Notes under the pieces: generated by a model
What the model saw: only the letters and a program-made list of their open reading frames with translations
Told to the model about the DNA's origin: nothing
Database searches by the model: none
DNA from: Polyangiaceae bacterium
GTDB taxonomy: Bacteria; Myxococcota_A; Polyangia; Polyangiales; Polyangiaceae
Assembly (NCBI GenBank): GCA_044376115.1
Contig: JBILLK010000050.1
Span: 1 to 34,475, forward strand
Length of the DNA stretch: 34,475 nucleotides
Reading direction: 5' to 3'
Shown here: one piece after another, positions 27,001 to 34,391 of the stretch
How positions within the stretch are numbered: the first letter of the stretch is position 1
How the letters are laid out: each line of letters opens with the position of its first letter
Position numbers and translations under genes: made by a program

Positions 27001-29659
27001 CGAAGGGATCTGCCTGACCGACACCTTCCAACTCTACGAGAAGGACGATCTTGTCAGTGATGTACTGGTCGACAACAGCGCGCGCCGAAAGCGGCAGAAG
27101 AAGCTGGATATCAGGGTGGTGATTGGGAACCCGCCGTACTCGGTTGGTCAGAAGGACGCGAACGACAACAACGAGAATGTCGCGTATCCGCTACTGGACG
27201 CGCGAATCTCCGAGACATACGCAACCGCTTCGGACGCAACTAACAAGAATGCGCTGTACGACAGCTATGTTCGAGCGATTCGCTGGGCATCCGACCGGAT
27301 AGGTGACCGGGGAGTTATCGGTTTCGTAACCAACGCCGGGTTCGTGGAAGCGAACACGGCAGCCGGACTTCGTAAGTGCCTAGTGAAGGAGTATTCGAGC
27401 CTGTACGTATTCCACCTGCGAGGGAACCAGCGAACGGCGGGCGAGCTCTCAAGAATGGAGGGCGGCAAGGTATTCGGCGGCGCAAGCCGCGCGCCAGTCG
27501 CCATCTCGTTGCTCGTGAAAAATCCGAGCGCCAAACAGCATGGCTGCGTGTTCTTTCGCGACGTGGGCGACTACCTGATGCGGGAGGAAAAACTTCAGGC
27601 GATCGCGAGTTTCGAGAGCGTGGCCGGCATTGATTCGGCCCACGGTTGGACTCAAGTCACACCTGATGAACATGGCGATTGGATCAAACAACGCGACAGT
27701 CGCTTCGCACATCACATTCTACTAGGGAGCAAAGGACCCGAGTCTGGAATGGCGGTGTTCGAGGACTATTCGCGTGGACTGGAGACCGGACGGGACGAGT
27801 GGGTGTACAGCTCCTCAGATACGCGCCTCGCTGAACAACTCACCGGCATGGTCGAGTTCTACAACGTTCAGGCGCGGCGGCTCAGCGAAGCTGCGAAGAA
27901 ATCGCCGTCCAGTCCGCTTCCAACTCTGGTTCGGGAGGTCTTGAGTCGGGACTCGGAGAGGATCAAGTGGACCGACAGTCTTGAGACCGAGGCGGTTCGA
28001 GGCACACGGCTCTCTTTCGATCCGAGCTTTATGCGTCGCAGTGTCTATCGGCCGTTCTTCAAGACCTGGGTGTACTTTGCTCCGAAGCTTGTCCACCGGC
28101 TGGGCCAAATGCCCCGCATCTTCCCGCAGTCCGACACCGACAATCGCGTAATAATGGTCAAGCAAAGGTGGAGCGGGTTCGGTCACCTCGCGCTTATGAC
28201 CGATAGTATCTCGGACCTGCAGTCTGACGGCGGGACGCAGTGTTTTCCTCTGCACCTGTATGAGAGTGAGATAAAGACAGCCCAGCCGAACGCAGGAGCC
28301 ACCAAGGACAACCGCAGCCCAACCTCCGGCAAGGTTTCAAGTACCAAGCGTCGGGCCGCCATCACCGACGAGGGACTCGCCCACTTCCAGAGCGCATACC
28401 TTGGCGAGACGATCAGCAAAGAGGACGTCTTCTACTACGTCTACGGGATCCTCCACTCGGAGGACTACCGGGAGCGGTATGCGGACAACCTGGGTAAGGA
28501 GCTGCCGCGTATCCCGCGCGTGAAGACGGCTGCGGACTTCTGGGCCTTCTCCAAGGCTGGCCGCAAGCTCGGTGACCTTCACGTGGGCTATGAGAAGGTT
28601 CCTGAGTTCCCTGGCGTGAAGGTGACGGAGCCGAAGAAGACAGGGACGGATCGCAAGGCGCTCTACCGCGTAGAGAAGATGCGCTTCGGTAAGGACAAGG
28701 AGGCGGGCGGCAAAGACAAGACCGTCATCCACTACAACGAGGTGATCAGCGTGAGCGGGATCCCAGTCGAAGCCTACGCGTACATCGTCAACGGCAAGAG
28801 CGCAGTTGAGTGGGTGATGGAGCGCCAGAGCGTTACCACAGACAAGACGAGCGGGATCGTCAAGGACGCAAACGATTGGGCTATCGAGACGGCCGGGGAT
28901 CCTCGCTACCCACTCTCCCTCCTCTTGCGCGTGATCACGGTCAGCTTGGAGACGATGAAGATCGTCAACGCGTTGCCAGCGCTGGACATCCTCGACGCCG
29001 TTATAGAAGAGACAAAAGCGGCGTCGACGGCCGCGACGTCGGCAAAGAGCGCGGGCAAGGCGGCTGCAGCGAGCGTGAGCGGCCGTCATACGATGAGCGG
29101 CGGCCTGGTACTGGCCAGCTTCAAGGATCGGCGGGGAACCTTCCGCGCCGACGAAGGCTACGAGCTCGCTGTGGAGTTCGCCGCAACGCTGGACGGGCGG
29201 CGACGCGAGGTCGAAGGCGCCCCCGAGGACGATGGCGTCGTGAGGCTGCGTATCCGTGGAGCCGGGACGACGGGCGCTGACGGCCGCCTCAAAAAGCTCC
29301 TGATCGAAGACTTCGAGATCGAGCCCGCATCAAACCCCGAGGCTCCGAGTGAGGCTCTGTTCGAGCGGCTCGCGAAGGAGGACCCGGCGCGTCTTGTGCG
29401 GATTCTCAAAAGCAACCTCTCACCCGGGCACCTCACGCACGCCGCCGAGATCGCAGGCCGGGAGCTGCCCTCGGACGTCGTCGTGCCGACGTTGCTCGAG
29501 CTGCTCCTCCACGCTTCCCCTCTCGTTCGAGAGGGCGCGATCTACGGGCTCGCGGTCCACCGCAGCACGGCCGTGGATGCCGCGCTGAAGAGCTTGATTG
29601 AGCGCGATGCGAGTCCCGGCGTGCGTGCGGCTGCCGAGAGCATCCTGGAGGGGAAATGA
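24044..29659 (+). CDS. Type ISP restriction-modification enzyme (LlaGI/LlaBIII-like: Mrr nuclease, SF2 helicase, N6-adenine MTase, TRD) with extra C-terminal HEAT-repeat region
   Basis: DTGIDLV...AIQCK (Mrr); MACGTGKT, DEAH, TATP, QSVGRVMR (SF2); LDPFTGTGTF and GNPPY (MTase); VNGKSAVEWVMERQ; 1871 aa from GTG 24044. Confidence 0.93.
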   Translation: MSALQDLLDGFRNAALTNREAGTYFEQLTVAYLRTEPAYKELYGEVLTWADWAERRGVDKRDTGIDLVAETKTGEVHAIQCKLYAPDYVVQKADIDSFFTASGKTPFSRRILVATTDHFGVHAASALENQQPPVTKIDLNALEESVIDWSAFKPKKAPKVRAKKTPRAHQKNAVNSVLLGLGDADRGKLIMACGTGKTYTSLKIAEQLAGAGKRVLFLVPSLALLSQTLTEWTQESVVPLASFAVCSDSDVGKKKDDDTVQTFVHELRYPATTNAASLAREVKKRHDAEHMTVVFSTYHSIAVVNQSQRDHGLPGFDLIVCDEAHRTTGHTFEGEDESEFIRIHDADYVRGEKRLYMTATPRIYGELAKVSADKGTVTLASMDDEALFGRNLFVLTFSEAVKRDLLVDYKVIVLSVEERHISDRIQNLLKDENNQLRMDDAAKIIGCWKALSKHGLSEAMPGAPEEERAPMKRAVAFCQVIDRQPKAKVHKVSSKLIAEMFQAVVEAYQESDPERQDSETNARLRCEAEHVDGTMNASEKEAKIAWLKETTPEDTCRILSNVRCLSEGVDVPALDAVIFLTPRSSQIDVVQSVGRVMRNAPGKRRGYVVLPVVIPAKMEPHEALQDNQVYKVVWQVLQALRSHDDRFDAMINKLEINGKDTSKMEVIAITDKLTPRRPKTPSGKAAAGKKAQGGSQIGAGPAAKVDMQTALAFDIGEIERAIYARLVEKVGNRHHWEDWAKDIARIARTHITRIESILGNKKNEKERSAFDRFAHELRDDLNDSITNEEVVEMLAQHLVTKPVFDALFAGHDFAAQNSMSKAMQGILDALEEHHLDKEAGTLEAFYESVKLRAEGIENAEGKQKIVVELYDKFFRNAFPKMSERLGIVYTPVEIVDFILKSVDHLLRTEFGQTIGSPGVHILDPFTGTGTFITRLFQSGLLTPAELKRKYKTEIHANEIVLLAYYIAAINIELAYQGVVGGAYEPFEGICLTDTFQLYEKDDLVSDVLVDNSARRKRQKKLDIRVVIGNPPYSVGQKDANDNNENVAYPLLDARISETYATASDATNKNALYDSYVRAIRWASDRIGDRGVIGFVTNAGFVEANTAAGLRKCLVKEYSSLYVFHLRGNQRTAGELSRMEGGKVFGGASRAPVAISLLVKNPSAKQHGCVFFRDVGDYLMREEKLQAIASFESVAGIDSAHGWTQVTPDEHGDWIKQRDSRFAHHILLGSKGPESGMAVFEDYSRGLETGRDEWVYSSSDTRLAEQLTGMVEFYNVQARRLSEAAKKSPSSPLPTLVREVLSRDSERIKWTDSLETEAVRGTRLSFDPSFMRRSVYRPFFKTWVYFAPKLVHRLGQMPRIFPQSDTDNRVIMVKQRWSGFGHLALMTDSISDLQSDGGTQCFPLHLYESEIKTAQPNAGATKDNRSPTSGKVSSTKRRAAITDEGLAHFQSAYLGETISKEDVFYYVYGILHSEDYRERYADNLGKELPRIPRVKTAADFWAFSKAGRKLGDLHVGYEKVPEFPGVKVTEPKKTGTDRKALYRVEKMRFGKDKEAGGKDKTVIHYNEVISVSGIPVEAYAYIVNGKSAVEWVMERQSVTTDKTSGIVKDANDWAIETAGDPRYPLSLLLRVITVSLETMKIVNALPALDILDAVIEETKAASTAATSAKSAGKAAAASVSGRHTMSGGLVLASFKDRRGTFRADEGYELAVEFAATLDGRRREVEGAPEDDGVVRLRIRGAGTTGADGRLKKLLIEDFEIEPASNPEAPSEALFERLAKEDPARLVRILKSNLSPGHLTHAAEIAGRELPSDVVVPTLLELLLHASPLVREGAIYGLAVHRSTAVDAALKSLIERDASPGVRAAAESILEGK

Positions 29660-30156
29660 GCGCGGTTCGTCTACGCGTACTCAAGCGACACACCTCGCTG
29701 GAAGTAACGTCGTTGGATGACTTCATCACCGCAGAACTGTGCAAGAAGGACGGCTCGCCGGACCTCTCCCTCTCGGTGTTCGACGTCGAGGGAGAGCGCG
29801 TCGTGCAGACCCACGCGGAGTTCGTCGTGAGCTTCTTAGCGCCTGCACCGAGCAAGATGCGAGGCGGGCTGTGCGCACGCGAATGCACGGGCGAGTTCGA
29901 CCCGACGCCGGCTCCGGCCAAAGCGATCCTCTTCGCATACAGCCGCGAGCGGCACCTTGAGCTTCGGTTCGTGCGCGAGACCGAGCTGCGGGAGTTCGCA
30001 GCGCAGCTGGTTCGAGAGCGCCAGGAGCGCGAGCGGTCAGTGACGCACGCAAAGGTGGTCGAGTACGGCCAGGGGCGGGTCAACGCAGGCGAGGCCGAGT
30101 GGACGGAGGCCTGCGAGCTGCATCCCAAGTGGAAGAAGGCGCTCGGCGGCGGTTAA
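29656..30156 (+). CDS. Hypothetical protein, possible ADP-ribosyltransferase-like fold
   Basis: ATGA overlap with the R-M stop, GGAGG SD; RLRVL...PDLSLSVF...ERHLEL arrangement. The ORF is well supported; the fold is inference. Confidence 0.6.
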   Translation: MSAVRLRVLKRHTSLEVTSLDDFITAELCKKDGSPDLSLSVFDVEGERVVQTHAEFVVSFLAPAPSKMRGGLCARECTGEFDPTPAPAKAILFAYSRERHLELRFVRETELREFAAQLVRERQERERSVTHAKVVEYGQGRVNAGEAEWTEACELHPKWKKALGGG

Positions 30157-30224
30157 GAAAGGAGGCATTTCTCGACGCACGTCTTCATGCCGTCCCAGCG
30201 TGAAGTGTGGCACGCTTGGCGGCG

Positions 30225-30602
30225 ATGGCGGTTGACTGGAAGGCTGGAGAGAAGGAGCGAGTCGAGACTGCAGTCGTTGCGCATCCGGTAAGGAGTGGGC
30301 GCTGCGCCGCACTCGCGCGCGTCGTCTTTGCGGTTGGCTCCGAGCGCGACGCAGAGACGGTAGGTCGACACGTCCGTCCTCGTGGAGCCGCCAGGTTCGT
30401 CGTTCCGAAACACCCAGATGCACGCAACTGGTGGAGCCACACGTATGTGGAGACGCATGGTCATGCCGTGGACGCCTTAACTGGCGCTGGCGGGCACCCT
30501 GCCGCCGCGTATGTGACCGAGTTCTGGGAGCACCCGGAAACGCTCCGTTTGAGCGAGGTGGACGTCTCCACAATCGATCCCGGGATCCAGGTGGATTCGT
30601 GA
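30225..30602 (+). CDS. Small protein with papain-fold toxin-like Cys-His-Asp triad
   Basis: GRCAALA (C27), WWSHTYV (H72), HAVDALTG (D83); GTGA coupling to the next gene. Confidence 0.55.
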   Translation: MAVDWKAGEKERVETAVVAHPVRSGRCAALARVVFAVGSERDAETVGRHVRPRGAARFVVPKHPDARNWWSHTYVETHGHAVDALTGAGGHPAAAYVTEFWEHPETLRLSEVDVSTIDPGIQVDS

Positions 30603-31684
30603 GCGACCTACGGACCACCATCACCCGCTGGTGCGACGAGCGTCGCGTCGAGATGCTTGCCGCTCCTCGGATGTGGGGCTCTCGCGAAGCGGTGGAGCTG
30701 CAGCTGCTCCTGCTCCAAGAGCTTCGGAGCCTTGCAATTAACCCCGAGCTTCAGCTGGGAGATCCTCGTCGAGTGCTCGATCTATACGTTGAGTTGGTCG
30801 CACGACGGTTCCCGTCCGAACCTCGGCGGCCTCTGTTCGAGATCGCGGACCTATCGGACACAGACTTCAAGTCCGAGCTGAGCAGAGTTCACGCGGAGCT
30901 GAGCGCGCGCATGCGACCCGAGAACCCGTTCGACCACTGCGACCTCGCCGTCGACCTCATCTTCAGCGAGGTGCCGACGATGTCGGCGATAACCGGCTTT
31001 TATGAGAGTTTCCGGCGGGCAACGCGAGCGGTTGCTCGCGGTGGTATCGGTCGTCGGAGCAAGGTCGTCGAGCACGCGACCGACTATGAGCTCAGCGAGA
31101 CGGTCGTGAGTCCTCCGAACGGCGTTGATGGACATGTCTTGCTGAAGCTCTCGCTACACAAGGGCCAATCCGACTATGTCGCAGAGGATGCGGCTCGAGG
31201 CGCGCTGACATCGATGCTCACCCTGGCTGAGTGGGCCGATTCGGGGCAGCCCCCTAGCGCCCTCGCGTTCGACGACGCGGAGCGTCGCACCTTCGCCTCG
31301 CTGCAAGCCTTACGGTTACTGCCTCGCAAGCCCATCAAGAAGGCGGCAATTGGTGGGAGATTCCTGGGTCGATCAGCTCCAGTCATGTTGCGCACGGATC
31401 AGTATCCGCGGCTGCTGGAGGTGGTGCATCAGGACATGGTGCCCAAGGTCTACGACCAGACGGATCAGGTTCGCGCCATCGATCTCGACCGTGGGTTCAT
31501 ACGCCATGGGAGGGGGCGGATCGTCTGCTGGTTGAGCGCTGACCTGATGGCTCGGGTATCCGAACTCGGCGTTCCCGCGCGCGTGATGGGCGAGCTCTAC
31601 GAGCCGGTGGGCGCAACGGCGTTCGTCCTTGTCAGCGATATCGAAGCTGCCGAATCGAGCGACGGCCCCATGTCAGCTGCGTGA
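30599..31684 (+). CDS. Multi-domain hypothetical protein (361 aa), partner of the upstream ORF
   Basis: GTG 30599 overlaps the upstream TGA; helical N-terminus (MLAAPRMWGSREAVE), beta-rich C-terminus (VRAIDLDRG). Confidence 0.7.
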   Translation: MSDLRTTITRWCDERRVEMLAAPRMWGSREAVELQLLLLQELRSLAINPELQLGDPRRVLDLYVELVARRFPSEPRRPLFEIADLSDTDFKSELSRVHAELSARMRPENPFDHCDLAVDLIFSEVPTMSAITGFYESFRRATRAVARGGIGRRSKVVEHATDYELSETVVSPPNGVDGHVLLKLSLHKGQSDYVAEDAARGALTSMLTLAEWADSGQPPSALAFDDAERRTFASLQALRLLPRKPIKKAAIGGRFLGRSAPVMLRTDQYPRLLEVVHQDMVPKVYDQTDQVRAIDLDRGFIRHGRGRIVCWLSADLMARVSELGVPARVMGELYEPVGATAFVLVSDIEAAESSDGPMSAA

Positions 31685-31695
31685 GCGAGCGGTTG

Positions 31696-32139
31696 CTATC
31701 GAGGGTCAGAATGGCCCGAGTGCTTTCGGATTCGTACCAGCCGGTCCAGCATGAATCGAATATGAAAAATGAGCTCCGTCTCGGGGCGCGAAGCACACTC
31801 GTTGCGAAGCGCCTTAGCGGTTCTAAGTAGCTCGTTGGCCTCGGCAGAATAATTGCTGGTTGCGCTTCCCTCGACCGCTTCCGCTCTGGTCGCTAAGTCG
31901 GGGCCAACTTCACACCACGCGCTAACGATGCCCGAGAGGTCTTTCTGCGCTGGGTACAGTGAGGCGCTGGAGCCGCTCTCGGCACTTGGATCAAAGCTGT
32001 AGGGAAGCTTGTCCATGAGCTCAGTCAGATCGTCGAGCGCGGCATAGCCGCGAGCGAGGTCGGCGGAAATTCCAGCGGGCGGTTGGGGGGCACAGCCTGA
32101 GGCCAAGAGGGCCGAGAGAACGACGCAGCGGAGTTCCAT
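31696..32139 (-). CDS. Helical lipoprotein of unknown function
   Basis: MELRCVVLSALLASGC lipobox; GAGG SD; lower-GC codon use. Confidence 0.6.
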   Translation of the reverse strand: MELRCVVLSALLASGCAPQPPAGISADLARGYAALDDLTELMDKLPYSFDPSAESGSSASLYPAQKDLSGIVSAWCEVGPDLATRAEAVEGSATSNYSAEANELLRTAKALRNECASRPETELIFHIRFMLDRLVRIRKHSGHSDPR

Positions 32140-32254
32140 CCGTGCGAATCCTCGCAGAAAAGCCCAAGCGTAGCCACTCGCTGAGGGCTGCGGCAGCTGC
32201 GGCAGACCTGCCGCTGAGCCGCACGCGGCGAGGCCGCGGCAGCCGTCCCCGCCG

Positions 32255-32597
32255 CTAGCGCATCAGCCCGCTCAGCAGCGCCACCCGAAAGCGCAACGCA
32301 CGCCTCCACCGTTGCCTCCGACGCAACCCCGAGCACGCCCGCAAGCTCCACCGCCGCGCAGGCCTCCACTACCTCACCGCGCGCGATAGCGAACACCCGC
32401 GCCTTGTCCGCCGGCGACACCCGCCCCGCCGCCTCCGCGATGTTCAGACAAGCCGACTTCGCCGACTTCAGCGCCTGCTCCCGCAGCACCGCATCCCGAA
32501 GCCGCGCATCCCGCACCAGGATCAGCAGCTCCACTGCGACTTGGTAAGCGACCAAACGATGGTGAGGAAGCGGCGAGTTTTGATGATTCTGGTTCAT
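32255..32597 (-). pseudogene. Four-helix-bundle protein (TIGR02436/IVP/bAvd-like), copy 1, frameshifted near the 3' end
   Basis: Near-identical to copy 2; net 8-nt deletion at ~32284 (CGCCAC-CC-GAAAG vs CGCCAC-AAGCCGACAC-GAAAG) puts the homologous TAG (32255-32257) out of frame, so the ORF reads to 32025. Confidence 0.85.
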
Positions 32598-32728
32598 ACC
32601 CGCCCCTCCGCGCAGGAGTCGTGACGACGCGCACCAAAATCACGACTCCAACTCAGCGAAGCCTCCCAGGCGCGTCGGCGCGACTCGTGCGCGACAGCGG
32701 GAATGAACCAGAATCATCAAAACTCGCC
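32572..32728. other. 157-bp fold-back covering the RBS and start of four-helix gene copy 1
   Basis: Perfect 26-bp IR 32572-32597/32703-32728; inner 24-bp IR with 3 mismatches 32609-32632/32670-32693. Confidence 0.92.
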
Positions 32729-32751
32729 TCGCCCAGTACCTAAGTTGCGGT

Positions 32752-32858
32752 CAGCCCTCAGCCCGCTGGCCTTGGCCCTTCTGGCCTCTCGCCCTGAGGC
32801 CTCTCGCCTCAGGCCTCTCGCCTCTCGCCTTGTCCTCTCGCCTCAGCCCTCTCGCCTC
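32752..32858. repeat. Degenerate GCCTCTC/GCCTCAG heptamer array
   Basis: Same family as 17487-17562 and the reverse complement of 20445-20646. Confidence 0.85.
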
Positions 32859-32873
32859 GATACCGTGCGCACG

Positions 32874-33829
32874 ATGAAGCGCGCCCATTCCTGGCTGCTC
32901 AGCCTCCTCTTCTCGTCCGCGGCTTGTCAGCCGTCGGCGCCTCTGCCGGCGCGTGAGCTTTCGTCTCCGCCTGAAGCGCTTCCGTCGAGTCGGGTTGAGC
33001 CCACCGCGCTACCGCCCAGCAAGACCATCGGCGTGAAGCTTGGCCGCGAGAGCTTCGAATGCGACGAAGGGCGCTGCAAAGGCAGCTTCGCTCGCGGCGC
33101 GCTCCGCTTCGATGCGCTCGAGGAGGGAGCACGCGTTCGCTACGACAGCGACGCGGAGGTCGAGCTCGTCGACGTCGGCCCGAAGCAGCGAGACGCTATC
33201 GCGTCGCAGCGCCCCACCTCGACGCTGTGTTCGAGCGTCTGCCGATCGGCGGGCTCAGCAACCTCGACTTCGACGAGACCCCCGTGACGCGCTTCGAACT
33301 GACATTGCTGTTCAGCGACGGCGCGGTCGCGAAGGCGAACATCCCGCTATCGAATACCGGCGCTCGGCTCGCGCTGTTCGAGCGCTTGGAAGCGGTGGCC
33401 AAAGGCCCGGTTCGCTTCGCCTCCGACGACGAAGCGAGCGGCGCCCCGCGCGCGATGTGGGTGCAGTTTCCAATGGGCCTCCGCGGCAGCGCCAGCTCGC
33501 TCAAGGAGATCGATTGGCTGCTCTTGATCGACGAGCCTTCGCGCCCGCTGCAATGCGAACGCATGAGCGGCCCGTTCGGTCACGCAAGTGGTGGCGGCAA
33601 GGTTGAAAAGGCGACCTTCTCGATCTCCGACGTGCGCGGCCGCATCTACGAGCGTCGCAGCGGCGTCCTCCTCGGCGAGAAGGTGCTTCGGTCGAGTGAC
33701 TCCCCAAGCTGCGACCAGCTCTTCGCGTGGCGCGATCAGGACGTCGGTGGGATCATCGGTCGGCGCGACACCAGCGTCCCCAAAGCCCTCGCCGATTGGG
33801 CCTGGAACACCTTCCGCCCCGCGCGCTGA
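32874..33829 (+). pseudogene. Lipoprotein gene split by one frameshift at ~33190 (or a sequencing error)
   Basis: MKRAHSWLLSLLFSSAAC lipobox, TACCGT -10 box; protein-like frame to VELVDVGPKQR, continuing in another frame as RYRVAAPHLDAVFERLPIGG...WAWNTFRPAR*. Confidence 0.65.
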
Positions 33830-33842
33830 GCGTTGCTGGCCG

Positions 33843-34226
33843 CTACCGCATCAGCCCGCTCAGCAGCGCCACAAGCCGACACGAAAGCGCAACACACGCC
33901 TCCACCGTTGCCTCCGACGCAACCCCGAGCACGCCCGCAAGCTCCACCGCCGCGCACGCCTCCACCACCTCACCGCGAGCAATAGCGAACACCCGCGCCT
34001 TGTCCGCCGGCGACACCCGCCCCGCCGCCTCCGCGATGTTCAAGCAAGCCGACTTCGCCGACTTCAGCGCCTGCTCCCGCAGCACCGCATCCCGAAGCCG
34101 CGCATCCCGCACCACGATCAGCAGCTCCACCGCGACCTGGTAAGCGACCAAACGATGGTGAGGAAGCGGCGAGTGCTTGTTTTGGTGCTCAAGGGCTAGA
34201 TGCTTGTCTTGCTGTTTGAGGTTCAT
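33843..34226 (-). CDS. Four-helix-bundle protein (TIGR02436/IVP/bAvd-like), copy 2, intact, 127 aa
   Basis: HRLVAYQVAVEL...LREQALKSAKSACLNIAEAAGR...FAIARGEVVEACAAVE...LVALLSGL; GGAGG SD. Confidence 0.9.
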   Translation of the reverse strand: MNLKQQDKHLALEHQNKHSPLPHHRLVAYQVAVELLIVVRDARLRDAVLREQALKSAKSACLNIAEAAGRVSPADKARVFAIARGEVVEACAAVELAGVLGVASEATVEACVALSCRLVALLSGLMR

Positions 34227-34355
34227 ACCGCCCCTCCGCGCAGGAGTCGTGACGACGCGCACCTCCATCCCCCAACAGTCTCGGCTCATCCTCTCAGGCG
34301 CGTCGGCGCGACTCGTGCGCGACAGCGTGTCTGAGCCTCAAACAGCAAGACAAGC
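34202..34355. other. 154-bp fold-back covering the RBS and start of four-helix gene copy 2
   Basis: 24-bp IR with 1 mismatch 34202-34225/34332-34355; inner IR 34237-34260/34298-34321 identical to copy 1. Confidence 0.92.
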
Positions 34356-34391
34356 CGTCCCCAGCCTTTCGCAAGATCCCTCAGCCCTCTG

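Noticed and set aside
20650..32150. Prophage, ICE, integron or IS element
   Set aside because: No integrase, transposase, phage structural gene, convincing attC site or tRNA target seen.
32703..32873. Real N-terminal extension MNQNHQNSP... on the plus strand
   Set aside because: The ATG is the mirror arm of the inverted repeat, lacks an SD and runs through a repeat array; ATG 32874 with a lipobox is the better start.
33843..34226. 23S rRNA intervening sequence
   Set aside because: The family name suggests it, but no rRNA sequence flanks either copy.
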